DNA of 64,000 nt from Octopus vulgaris (Eukaryota): assembly GCA_951406725.2 (NCBI GenBank), contig OX597818.1, positions 121,148,001-121,212,000 of the forward strand. Direction: 5' to 3'. Positions within the stretch are counted from its first letter, which is position 1; the number at the start of each line of letters is the position of its first letter. Shown piece after piece: positions 35,261 through 49,690 of the stretch. Under the pieces are notes generated by a model that saw nothing but the letters and a program-made list of their open reading frames with translations, was not told the origin of the DNA and ran no database searches. Made by a program: the position numbers and the translations under genes.

Positions 35261-38200
35261 GTAACACTTGATCTTTTATTTTTAAATGACTTATTCTTAG
35301 GGCTGTTTTTTGTATCTGTTAAATTTAAGAGATTTTAAATTCCAGAAAATTGCATGCTTTTTTTAAAGTATTTCTATGTTTTAAAGAAATTTCTATAATA
35401 TTATGTAACAAACCTTTTAATTATAATTTGATATTGTTTAATCAAATTCATGTTGACTGTTTTGACTTTTTCATCAATACTTGTTAACATACATTGATGC
35501 TATTATGATATTTAGATGTGAGCTCCCTATTCCTATTCAAATCTTTCTTCCCAAGGAATCTCGCCTCACTTTTCAGAAGTAGTAAATTGTTCCCTAACAT
35601 CCTGAAAATGGAAGGGTACATTCAGTTATGTAGTCATAGATATGTAATACCAAAGAAAACCTGAAAGGATCATGGCTTCAGTATATTTTTAATAGGCACA
35701 AGCATGGCTTGAGTAACTTAAAATCTCCTCAAAAAAGATTTGCTTTGAAAGACATGTGTATAGCTGAGTGGTTAAAAAGCTTGCTTGGTAACCACATTGA
35801 TTTTGGTTCAATCCCACTTTGTTGTATCTTGGGCAAGTATTAACAAGCCAAACAAATACCTTGTTAGTGAATTGGATTGATAGAAATTGTGTGTAAAGGC
35901 AGCGAGCTGGCAGAAACGTTAGCATGCTGGGTGATATGCTTAGCGGTATTTCATCTGCCATTATGTTCTAAGTTCAAATTCTGCCAAGGTCAACTTTGCC
36001 TTTCATCCTTTCAGGGTTGATAAATTAAGTACCAGTTGCATACTGGGGTCAATATAATCGACTTAATCCCTTTGTCTGTCCTTGTTTGTCCCCTCTGTTT
36101 AAACCCTTGTGGGCAATAAAGAAATAAGAAATTGTGAAAATCTCTGTGTTTGTCTATCTGTCACTTGACAACTGGTGTTAGTTTGTTTACATCCCCATAA
36201 TTTAGCAACTTAGTGGTTCAGTGAAAGAAATCAATAGAAAAGAACCAGTCTTTAAAAATTAGTACAGAGGCTGATTGGTTTACCTAAATCCTTTAACTGG
36301 TGCCACAGCATGGCTGCAGTCTATTGACAGAAACATCAAAGGTATAAATCAACCAGAAACATAGGAGTGAAGTGGTCAGTCTATATATCAAGAAAATGGT
36401 ATAAAATTCCCTCAAAGGGCTCTACTATGGGAATAATGTGCTACTTTGATAGATACCAATATATGAACTAAGGTAGTACATTTATAGTTCATCTATGCAA
36501 AATATCTAATTACTGAATGTGCAACAATTTAACAAGTAGGAGGTGCTATAACTTTGTGGTTTAAACAATTGAGAAGCCTGGACCTCAGCTATGCAATATT
36601 TACTAAGGCTACCTTCAGTGAAACATTCGGATGTTTCACTAAATATTCACCTCTCTAGCAGATGTTGAACTGAAGAATTATGAGCTATATGGGTACCTCA
36701 TTGGTGCTGGTGCCACAGAAAAAAAATCTGAGTACACTCTGTAAAGTGGATGGCACTACGAAAGGCATACATCCATAGATACCATGCCAAATCAAAGGAG
36801 AATGGTGCAGTTCTCAACCCCTTTGGATCCTGTTAAACTGTCCAACCCGTGCTAGTGTCAAAGATGGACAATAAAAGATGATGGCAAACCCTTGTGGTAT
36901 GATAGTATAGTGCAGCACAATATTTGAAAACTATCTTTTAAGGTATTAATTTAAATGCTAAAGGGTAAATTGAACTATAGTTTTCTGCTTATTAGATGAT
37001 TATTTCCTATTCTATAAAGCCTCACACATCTTTTTTTGTTTTTAAAGGGCAAAGGTCACTGCATTTAGCTGTGATGTAGATATATTTTATAATTTCGCTG
37101 AAGTGTACTTTTGTGTGAACTGGCCATTGATAATGTTTTTATTACCACATTCAGGTTGTAACCAAACATTACCCTTGCGATACCCTTACTTGATGGCTCT
37201 TTGTAGAAAGAGCAGTCAAATATCCTTCAACTAGCACTATGATCCGGCAATGCTGGGTCATAGTGCTAGTGCATGCATATACAGCTGCGTGTGTGCGCAC
37301 ATACACGCGAGTACTATCCAAATCTGCGACCAGTCACATACAACGAGCTGGCATTCAATTGGTGTATCAAGTTTCTGACATTTTGAGTGAGTTTTGGATA
37401 GAAAATTCACAAAAAAGTCACTTCTATTGATTTTCTAATGGCTTTGTTGGGTGACTGGGGAAATGTAAAGATGTGCACGACCACCCTTGGATGGTTTTGA
37501 ATGACCATAGAAAGTGCGAGCCCTCTAACTGAAAAATTGTGGATTTGTATAAAGGGCACACACACACACACAGACATTTTGCCATTTATATATATAGAAA
37601 TTACTCTCATTTTGTAAAAAACAAAAAAAAAAGACATTCAGTAATATAGTTGGTGGGGAAAGAACAAAGTTTTATGGGTTGAAGGGAATTGATGACTGTT
37701 CTGTTGAAACGGGGCTGACTTAGAATTAAACCACCACTGCCAAAGCTGTCTCTAATAAGATTGAAACTCAAGGAATTTACTTTCACACACTTCATTCTTG
37801 TGTTATTAAATTTCAGAAATGAGGGTTGAGTGTATTTGCTAAAGGTCACTGTAATTTGGAACCCTTTTTGATATTGGTGCCATTTCCTTAATTTGGCAGA
37901 TGGATCTGGGTGAAGATGGTATGCATATTACTAGCTTAAAAGAATAGAGGTTACTATAGAATATACTGTGATAGGATTTCTAGGGGCTAGAGTAGTGGTT
38001 CTTACACTATTTTTTTCCCTTTTGCAACACATAAAAGCAAATAAAAATACACATTATTTACATTTGATGGATATTTGTCCTTATTTCATTTGTTAACACA
38101 ATGTTTTGGCTGATATACCCTCCAGCCTTCATTAGGTATCTTGGGGAAATTTCGAATCTGGGTTCTCATTCCTAAGGTATTTTTCAATGTTGTTGTTCAG

Positions 38201-41200
38201 GTCACTGCCTGGAATCACACTTGGAATCTTGGGGTTAGTAGCCCACGCTCTTAACCACTACACCATAACAACATAAAAAATTACCTTAGGAATGAGAACC
38301 CAGGTTTGAAGTTTCCCCAAGATACCTGATACATGTCAGGTTCAATCCTACAGTACAGCACTTTTGGCAAGTGGCTTCTGTAGCATCCATCTGACCATTA
38401 CCGTGTGAATAAATTTGGTAAATGGAAATTCTTTTCAACTCTAGGCACAAGGCCTGAAATTTTGGGGGAGTTGGGGGTGCAGTCAGTTAGATTGACCCCA
38501 GTATGCAACTGGTACTTAATTTATTGACTCCCACCCACCCCCACCCGAAAGGATGAAAGGCAAAATTGGCCTCAGCAGAATTTGAACTCGGAATGTAAAG
38601 ACAGATGAAATACTGCTAAGCATTTTGCCCGGTGTGCTAACATTTCTGCCAGCTCGCCGCCTTAATTTGGTAATTGGAAATTGTGCAAAAGTCCATCGCG
38701 TGTGTGGGAGTTCCTCCTCTGTGACAACAGGTGTTAGTTTGTTTACACCCCTTTAGCTTACTTTGGCAAAAGTGACCAACAGAAATAAGTACCAGACGTT
38801 AAAATATAAGTATTGTAGTCGATTTGACTGATCTTTGAAGGTGGTGCCTCAGCATGGCCACAGTCCAATGAATTACTGAAACAAGACAGATGAGATATGA
38901 AATATTAATACCTTAAAATTTATAATACAAGAAATATTCCATCAAATGTCAGGGCATAACCACTTAGTTTAAGCTCACCAGATTTTAAGTAATTCCATTC
39001 CGCAAAAATATTCTTTCTGTTCTCAATTTAAACAATTTCAACTTACTTTACTGTCTGGGATAAAAATGAGTTTAAAAGAAAATATACAGAAACAAAAATA
39101 AAATATCAAACATCATCTGGGAATTAGGGTCATCACACAAACATTGCTGCATTGAAGGTTGAAGATGTAAGCAGAAAATTGGGTCAGTAAGTGTTAAAAA
39201 TGGTTTATACTGGTTGGTAAACATAACAATGGTTTGGCAATGAAATATGAACATTTGTATACAAGTGACAAAACATGTTTGAATATTATATCTCAGGGAT
39301 TTGTTACAAATCTTTTTTAAACATTTTCTTATTTGCAAATTTAAGACCTGCCTGAATCTTAAGGAATGCACTGCCGGCATTGAGGAGAATTGGTGACTCT
39401 CAACAGTTCCTCATAATAAACATTGGTAACTGTTTTTCTAGAGGTTAAATGTATCTGGTTGACAAACTTACTTAGCACAAACCTCTCAACCTATTTCTTT
39501 GTTTGAGAGAGTAGGTAGAAAAAATATTAGTTTTCTTCATCACAGAATTATTTTTAGCTAAAACTTAAATATGCTAATACTAAACCTAACTATAATTTCA
39601 TTACTGCTTTTCATTTGTTGACTCAGCTGTTTCATATTTCACTTCCATGTAAAATTCTATTTCTTCGTTCCACATTTAAATTTTATTTCTTCTTTCCATG
39701 TCAAATTTTCTCATTCGTTTTTTTTCTAAGTTTTCACTGTCTTCTAACTTCCTTCTGTGTCAACTTCGGAAGATGGAAAGTACAAAAACAGATTGAGGAA
39801 AATTTTTGAATGAAATTAAACTAAGCAATGATGACTAGATGGAGATGTGCATGCAAGAAGTGCCAGGAAATGGGTAGCATCACCATCCAGTGTTTTAACT
39901 CTAGGTTTTGTCCCCATTAATGGGGATGGCTGGATCTACCTCAATGCCATAGCAACCAAGGTAGACAGGTGCAGCCCACTTCGACCTTTGGGCTGGCTCG
40001 TGCCCAGTCTCCTTTGCTATCATGAGGCTTTTTTAGCATGCTGGTCAGAATGAAAAAGTTACTTAAGTTGAAGGGAATAGTGTATAGAGCATATGTAATA
40101 TGTGCTAAGATTTTCACAAGAGAGAGGAAGACGAAGAATTGTAGTAGATGATGTGAACAGTCAGTAAATTATGATGTGAACAGTCAGTAAATGCCTGAGT
40201 TGGGATGGCATAAGCTCAACCATCTCTGAGGAGCAGAGGCCATTATAATGCCGTAGAAAAGATAGAGGAAGGAGGCAGCATACTTGTGAGTGAGAGGCTG
40301 GTGTGTATATGTGAGCAACTTGATGCCAATCATTTGGGGAGGTATTCTCTGGCTGCTGACAGCATATCTGTGTATGTAGTAGTAGCAGCAGTGCTGTCTC
40401 AGATATGAGAGCAAGACGACCTTGCAATAAAATATGAACATTGTGTAGATGTGAAACACAGCTGAAATGTAATCCTAAGTTTAAATTATACAGCTCTATA
40501 TTTAAGAGATGAGGAATTTATGTACATTATATATATATGTGATGTATGTTTGTCCCCACCCACCAAATCATTTGACAACTGATGCTGTTGTGTTAACGTT
40601 CCTGTAACTTAGCGGTTCAGCAAAAAAGACCGATAGAATAAGTACTAGGCTTACAAAGAATAAGTCCTGGGGTCGATTTGCTTGACTAAAGGCAGTGCTC
40701 CAGCATGACCACAATCAAATAACTGAAACAAGTAAAAGAATAAGAAGACTGTGTTGAAAAAAGTTTAATTAGAAATGCTCAGAATTGTTTTGGTTTATTC
40801 CATGTCGGCTTTGGTCAGACATCCAAATTATGGCCATCCTGACTTTATTTCAGGTATAGCATATTTTAAGGCATTTTTACAGAGGAATTGATTTGTGAAA
40901 TATTTGACTGCTATTTCTAGCATGTTAAGCAAGCACTTAAATGCTCCATTGTTGGAATGCCAGGAGTTTTCTGTATTTGCTGCAAAAAGTTGAAGTAATC
41001 ACTCATTGACTTACATCATGTTAATTTTCTTTTAACATGTAATTATTTCTAATTAGATTTTAATGCCTCACGCATTGAATATATTAACTGTCAGACCGGT
41101 TCAAATCTAAAGTCTGACACAAATCCGACAAATTGGCTTTCTTGGGATTAATAAGTTTCAAAAGAAAATAGGGTAAAATAATTTGGTGCTAGACCTTACT

Positions 41201-44200
41201 CCCTGAATATTGCAGCACTCACATGTGATTAAACTAAGATGGCTAACATTTGTATCAGTTTTAGGTCTCTGTAGATGTTGCCCTCATGACCTTTTAGATA
41301 ATTTGTATGTGATTTAACACACAATGGTAATTTTGTTTTGTATCGGAAGCAAATAATATTTGCGAAATTCACAGCTGATCCAGTATGGTGCTGGAACTGA
41401 ACATTTTTACCAGTATGGAGTTTGCCATCAACAGATGAGTTTGAATTAACCCTTCAACCTACACACCATTTAGACCAACTGTGGCCAGTCTACAGGCTGC
41501 TGGACTCTTCATGCCAACTGAAAAATCACCTTGGATTTTTACGTAGTGCTGCTTACTAGATAATGACTGTCTCATGTGACCACTTGTTGCAAAGCGTAGC
41601 CCATTTCTGATTTAACCCTTTAGCATTCAAACCTGCCATATCTGGCCAAAATATCTAACCTGTTTTATATTGAAACTGACCAGATCTGGGCTCTCGCCTC
41701 AACCCCACAGTGTCATTCTAAAACTAAAAAATCACATCACTGAAATCTCTGAACTACAAGATAATGCATGATTAATTCAAAACAACATAGATAAACAAAC
41801 ACTAAGTTTGACAGAATAATCTGAACTCTAAAGGGTTAAAATTTCAGCTTTTCTGAGTTATTGCTATTGCTTGGTCTCAAGTTATGGCTAATTGAGCAGA
41901 ACTATGGTCAAAGGCATTCCAACCACGACCATCCTATCTTTTTCTATATCTGGGGGAGAATCTGGATGCTACAACACAGACTTCCTCATTCACGTTTCCC
42001 ATGGTTATTGCAACATGTAAACTGGTTTGGTGCAAGAATTATTAAACAGTGGTGATGGTTCAGAAGTACAGTGTGTAACCACAAGATATTTTGATATCAG
42101 TAGTTTCATAGTTCTGAGTCTTAAAGTGATTCTGTATGATGTTACTCCTTATCTCAAATGAGATTTTCCTCCAAACTTGATAACTGATTCAAATTAGAGT
42201 GGATACTGTCATTTTATTTCAAAGGAGCCCTTGTAAAATTTTGGTAGAAAGGAGAATGAATAATTCCATTTGATTCATGTTTTGGCTGAAATATTAAATT
42301 GAAAACTTATGACTAGCACTTATCAGGCATTACACATGGCTAATATGCAGAAACCCTTTTCTTATTTTCATTAACCCTTTCATTACCAACCCAGCTGAAA
42401 CTGGCTCTGAGTACAAATGTCTTGTTTTCATAAGTTTTGAATAAAAATCTTCCACCAAACCTAAGTCACAATTTATGTTCCTAACACTAGCTTAATGATA
42501 ACTGAGTTATTTTACTAAATTCTTTGTTATATTTAAAGTAATTGAAAGAAACACAGAGCATCTCAAAATAAATATAGTAACAAAAGGGTTAAACTTAACC
42601 CTTTGTTGCCCTTCCAAAGCATTTTCATAAAGGTGACCAAAATATCTTTGCATGTTTTTAGACCTTTAGTTCTTGTTTCTTTCAAACTTTCCTGGGTGCG
42701 TACTAAACTATAGTTTTGATATCTTTCTGCTTTTTATTTGGAATCTCTCTCTCCCTCCCCACCTCTCTTGTTTAACATAAATTGCTTAATTTATAACAAG
42801 CTTTTTGATTTCAGCATTAGAAAGACAATTGTTTATGTAATGAAGATTTTGTTAAAACTAAAAATTGGAATATTGTGTTGTCATGGTGATAGTTTGTCCA
42901 TCTCAAAGCATCGCCACTCTGTGTTTAGTTGATTATCATGCCTTATGAAATGTATAAATATTGCACAGGGACCCACAACCTTCTTTTATGTATTCTGGAA
43001 ATCTATATAAAAACAGCTTCCATGACTTTCGGAAACATTTTTTTCACACTCAGTTCCTGAAGTATGAAACAAACTACTTGCAACAGTTGTTAGTTGCTGA
43101 GACATTGCATCCTTTAGAATCTCCATGCTTCTTGAAATTTGCCAACACTACACCTGAAACCCTTCCCTCTCCATACGCATGCACATATGTATATCATGAC
43201 CCATACACTGTTCACTTTCCTGACTTTTGCACACAATTCTATGTACTGTACATGCACCTTTGATGAGTTGTAGTGCACCTGAGCACTATACATAGTAATT
43301 TCATTATTATGATCATGTAAGGCAGTAAGCTAGCAGAATTGTTAGCACACTGGATGAGATGCTTAGCAGTACTTCATCCGTTGCTACGTTCTTAGTTCAA
43401 ATTCTGCCAAGGTTGACTTTGCTTTTCATCCTTTCAGGGTCAAATTAAAAACCATTTGAATACTGGGGTCAATGTAATCGACTCATCCCTTTCCCCACCA
43501 ATAGCTGCCCTTGTGGTAAAATTTGAAACCATTATTATTATGTAATGTCCACTTTTTCATGCTCGCATAAATCTTACTTAATTCAGTTTTAAACTTGTAA
43601 TGTGTATGTTCATAAACTGTTTTCTTTATTTCTAGTTCTTTCTTCCGGTGGAATCGAAATATACAGGAAAATACTTGGATGTTCTCTTGTTCAAATATAT
43701 CAACGACAGTATAATTGGGAAAGATCTGACTGTTCAAGGCCCCTATGGACCAGTGAAAAGTAAGGAAGGTGTTCTCTTCACTCTTTTGTTTCATTCATTT
43801 GACTGTGACCATGCTGGAGCACTACTTTTAGTTGAGCAAATCGACCCCAGGACTAATTCTTTGTAAGCCTTGTACTTATTCTATTGGTCTCTTTTGCCTA
43901 ACTGCTAAGTTACGGCAATATAAACACACCAGCATTGGTTGTCAAGTGATGTTGTGGGGACACACACATACAAACATATAGACACACAAACATATATATA
44001 CATGATGGGCTTGTTTCAGTTTCTGTCTACCAAATCCACTCACAAGGCTTTGGTCGGCCTGAGGCTATAGTAGAAGACACTTGCACAAGGTGCCACGCAG
44101 TGGGACTGAACCCGTAACCATGTGGTTGGTTAGCAAAGTACTTACCACACAGCCACTTGTAAATTTTATTCAATTTATTTTTTATATCTTATTTTACTTG

Positions 44201-46656
44201 ATGCCAGCCTATCTAAGAATGCTCTTGGTTTTGTGATACAGACTTACTACTTTGAAATTAAAATCTGCTACCAAAGATTTGTGTTAATTTATTTTCCAAA
44301 CACCATCTTAATAACGAGAGTTATTTTATAAAATTCTTCCTAATTTCCAAAATTAATCAGGGCAGACAGTGTATTTCAAGAGAAATATGGTAAGAAAAGG
44401 GTTAAATGTTCCTTGAACCTTAGTGAGGAAATACCAGTGAGAGAGATATGAGCAGAGGGAATTCCACAGGGCTGATAATTTTTAAAACTTTTATATACTT
44501 TCACAAAATGTTTACCATTTTGTATGAAGCAGACCAATGAGCAGGCACAGGTGTGCATTGTGATATCTTTACCTGCTTATAGATACAATGCATTAAAGAA
44601 AATATTCCTTGATGTTAACTTAAGCTGTATTAGCACTTGATTAATCATAGAATACCTTTGTAGTTGATAACGTAACCCTATCTTTTTGAGTTTCATTTCT
44701 TCCAACATCTATCGTAGTATTACTTTTTGCTTTTACTTCCAGTACTTATTTTTATGTCTGGTACTTGTTCTATCAGTCTCAGTTTGCTGAAATGCTAAGT
44801 TACAGAAATTCAAACAAAACCACCAGTTATTGAGTGGGTGGGAACAAACGCAGCATACGTGAGCACACGCATGCATGCATGCATGCATTTGCGGCTCCCC
44901 CACAGTTTCTTTCACCAAAATTCATTCAATGCTGTCCTGGGGCAACATGTGCTAAGTAGTGTGACTGAACCCAAAACCACGATTGCAAAACAACCTATAG
45001 TTTTTTTTTTTTACATTTAAATATCATCTTGCTATTTCTTGTGTGTTTATTTGCTCTTTTTGTTTTTATATATTTTATATTTATCTAACTGGCAAAACAT
45101 TTTCTTTTTCAGTTGTTTACTGTGATTTTACAGCTTCTGGTCGGTAAGTTTTGAACATTTTGCACTTCTTAAAGATGTAAATACTATGTGGACCAGCCAT
45201 TATTAATATATTATTTTAATCAAGTTATTCAGAAGAACCTTTCTTATGTTTAGTAACTTTTAAACTTTCTTTCTCGCAAAGTCAAAATTGAACTGATATC
45301 AAGTAATTGGTTTGTGAAGATGCATGGCCCAGTGGTTAGAGCATTGAGCTCACAATAATGAGGTCCTGAGTTCAATTCCTGGACTGGGCTGTTGTGTTCT
45401 TGAGCAAGACACTTTGTTTTACGTTGCTCCAGTTAGGTAGAGATGAATTATTTCACTGGTACCAAGCTGTATTGGCCTTTTCCTTTCCATTGGACAACAT
45501 CGGTGGCATAGAGAGGAGAGGCTAGTATGCATGGGTGACTGTTGGTCTTCAATAAACAACCCTGCCTGGACTTGTGCTTTGTAGGGGCATTTCCTAGGTA
45601 CAATCCCTTGGCCTTTCATGACAAAAGGGGTCTTTTTTAATTATAATTTAAACATCACCAGACACCTACATGTGTGTATTACTGTCTCCTGTATATCATT
45701 TGGTAGTTGTAAATGAGTGTCGCTATCATACATGCAGTGTACTTCATTTCTAATCTACTCTGAAAACCTGTCTGGTCATGGGGAAATACAACCTTATTTG
45801 GAAATAGGTGAAGGTTGGCAACAGGAAAGGCATCGGGTATAGAAAACTTGCCTCAACAAATTCCTTCAGCTTGAAAATGTGGACATCATATATACAGTTT
45901 ATAATTTTGGCATTAAGGCAAGCAATTTTGGAGGATGGATGTTTGTCAATACCATTGGGATTTTAATGAGTTGGTTCTGTTTTTCTGTTTTTCCCACTGG
46001 TTAAGCTAGCTAGTGGTACAAAATAGATTCTTAATGTGTGTATTGGACTTGAATGGGTTCATCACTTGCTGATGTCATCAATCCTTTTCAGAATTCTGTT
46101 TGTGTTATCTGGCTGTTTTTGCTACAGAATACAGCAATTTGAATTTAGTGAGTTGGTGCTATGATGATATTACATTTAAAACTACTTATTCCATTCAGTA
46201 TAACATCAAATTTTTTATGCCCACAGCTGTTTCCATACCCAATTAATTCAATTTGGGGAATTAGATTAATTTAAATTTTCATATTGAAAATCGTAAATTG
46301 GTTATTTCTTTTTCTCAGACAAGAATCTTTATATACACATATCCACCAATATGAAACTAACATCAATAGTTTTTCACTGAAGCACTGGATATAACCAGGG
46401 AACTAGGATTGTAACATTCCTTGAAGAAGATTTGATAGCCTTGATGTAATTATATATAAAACATCATAGTTAATATAGATGCAGGAGTGGTTGTGTGGTA
46501 AGAAGCTTGCTTACCAACCACATGATTCCGGGTTCAGTCCCACTGCGTGACACCTTGGGCAAGTGTCTTCTACTATAGCCTCGGGCTGACCAAAGCCTTG
46601 TGAGTGGATTTGGTAGACAGAAACTGAAAGAAGCCCGTCGTATATATGTATGTATA

Positions 46657-46689
<33 letters not shown>

Positions 46690-49637
46690 ATATATATATA
46701 TGTGTGTGTGTGTCCCCCCAACATCGCTTGACAACCAATGCTGGTGTGTTTACGTCTCTGTAACTTAGTGGTTTGGCAAAAAAGACTGATAGAATAAGTA
46801 CTAGGCTTACAAAGAATAAGTCCTGGGGTTGATTTGCTCAACTATAGGCTGTGCTCCAGCATGGCCGCAGTCACATGACTGAAACAAGTAAGACTAAGAG
46901 TAGGTGTCTTTACCCATTAATGTTTGTATGCAAATGCATGATAAAGATACAATTGCTTCATTGGTGTGTTCAATTTTATTTATTTTCCTTCTCACAGGTG
47001 CCTTACCTTCATTGAAGATTATATTCGACAGTATGTGATGCCATTTTATGGTAACACTCACACAACAACAAGTATTAATTCTCGACAGACTACTCTTTTC
47101 AGGGATGATGCTAGGTTAGTATCACTTCAATATGGGGGTTTTATGATATGAACTAAGATTTTGAAGCACAACTCGGTCAATAAATACACAGTGAAATAAT
47201 TTAGTCAATACTCCTGTGACATGTGATTCCACAAAGAATTTTAAAAAACATAAAAAGTACTTGAGTATTTTATCATATTATTAGCTTTGATAAAACATCC
47301 ATATTCCATGCTGGTTTAGAAGTTCAGTTCACTGCTAATTTGGGTTCAATCCCACTGCTTGGCACCTTGGTTAAGTGTTTTCTACTGTAAGTCCAAGCTG
47401 ACTTAATTTAGTTAATTTAGTTGAAACTACAGGAAACCCATTGTATGGCCTGGACTACTAGTCTTTGGTCATAACGTGTGCTTGTGAATATATCTAAATG
47501 TTGAAATTTCATAGCTGTGACCACTTGAGTGAAACTGTTTATATTTCTTAATATTACAAGAAATTTAAAAAACAAAAGCTACCACTGTAAAAGCTATCTC
47601 AAGTAAGCACCAGTCAAACCCATACTAGCAGGGGAAAATGAACGTTAGATGAAAGAACCAGCGAAGTAATGCTTTGTTTGAAAGAAGTAAAAAATAAAGC
47701 AGGCCCAACTCTTCAGTTACATGTAATATTTATACAACTCGATTGTTTAAATTAAACAGTTGGCACTTATAAGTCTCAAGTCTGCTACATGAAAGGAGAG
47801 TATTGTTAGTATTTTTTTCCATTGCTGCATTTTTGGGTTAGAAGCTTAGCAGAGAATTATACATTATAGTTATTGAATTTAACATTGAGACAGATTTTAC
47901 AAGGACTCATCATCATCATTGTTCGACCGTGGTCGAGACAATGGAATTTACTATGTTACGCCAGACTTCACGGTCCATCATAGCATTACGGAGGTCCTGT
48001 CGCTGGATGCCTGTATCCCTGGAGATTACATCAGGGTAGGAGAGTACGCGCCCTCTGGTTCGCGAGCAGATGGCTTCCAGAGGAGAAGAGTAGAAATTAC
48101 CTCGTTTTCAGCTCTACAACAATGTCCAGCAAACTGGACTTTTCTACCTTTCACAAGGACTAGTTTTTAGCTTATTTACGAAAATGAAATTAAAACAGAA
48201 AAATTACTACCTTTTTGACTGAAAATGCAATTAAAAAAATATCCTAAATATTTTTCTTCAAAATATGCCTATCTATTTTAACAGAAATATAATCAAGGAA
48301 TGTGTTAATGCTTCCAATGATGATGTCGTAATATTTACTGGAAATGGCTGCACGGGAGCTATTCATAAATTAATCGGTGGTTTGAACCTAAAGAATTCAC
48401 CTTCTCTTAAAAAAACTGTAAGTGACTTCTCATTACTTATCAGGTTCAGAGGGAGGTAACTCATAACGATTACAACTGCAATTATGGCTGTTCATGATGA
48501 ATTTGTAATAACTGTTTTCTAAAATAATAATTTTTGATAAATTTGACTTGTTAAAAAAAATTGCTCTTGACCACATAGGTGTTTTCTGTTTGACTGCCAG
48601 CATCAATCTCTGTTCGAATTGATTTTATATTTATTTTTATAAGCTAATGAATGTCATGAAAATCATTTTTGCTATAAATCAATAAAGAGTTATTAGCAGT
48701 TAGTTTGAAAATTTTGGGTAATTTTAGCCAAGTGTAAGCCACAGAAACATTCATGCCCTTTTCCATAGTAACAAGTGGAACATGAGAACGCCTTTGTCTG
48801 CGAGAAAGTACATGTTGACAAACATTGAAACCACTTGTTGAGACTGTGTTCTACTGTTCTGTCCACCTGGAAATTTTACCGATCTCTTTGATTATGGCAG
48901 CAAACTCTGGTAACCCCATGTCTATGATGGAGACACTGAACAGAGGATGCTGTGTTATAACTTTTAAAACCATTTTTCAGGAAAAAGTAAAATAACTCCA
49001 GCAATTCAACTTGGAAAACTAAATTAACGTGCCAAATTTTAAAAGGGTGTCTTTACTCACTGGCACACACTCCATGCATTCTTGGCACGAGCATCGCCAG
49101 AAAAGAAGAAGACATGATGGGAATGTATACTGGTGATGCTTGCACCAAGAATGCATGGAGTGTTTGCCAGTGAGTAAAGACACCCTTCCTCTTGGGACTC
49201 TAGTGCTTTTCCTTTACTCAAGGATTAAGGAATTGACTTCAGTCTGGTTTTGTGTTGAAGAACTGGGATGAACCATTGCACAGCTGTTGATTATAACAGC
49301 TATGTTAAAGAAATGTGTGTGGAGGACAGCTAAATAACAGCTAAATATTGCTTTTGGATAAATCTTAAGTTTGTGCTAACACATTAAATGCATATTGAAT
49401 GCTTCAAACTACAAAAGACATTACTCTCTTTACTCTTTCACTTGTTTCAGTCATTTGACTGTGGCCATGCTGGAGCACCACTTTTAGTCAAGCAAATCAA
49501 CCCCAGGACTCATTCTTTGGAAGCCTAGTACTTAACACTTCGGCAAAAGAGACCGATAAAATAAGCTACAGGGACGTAAACACACCACCATCAGTGGTCA
49601 AGCAATGTTGGCAGGACATACACACACACAAACATAT

Positions 49638-49690
<53 letters not shown>

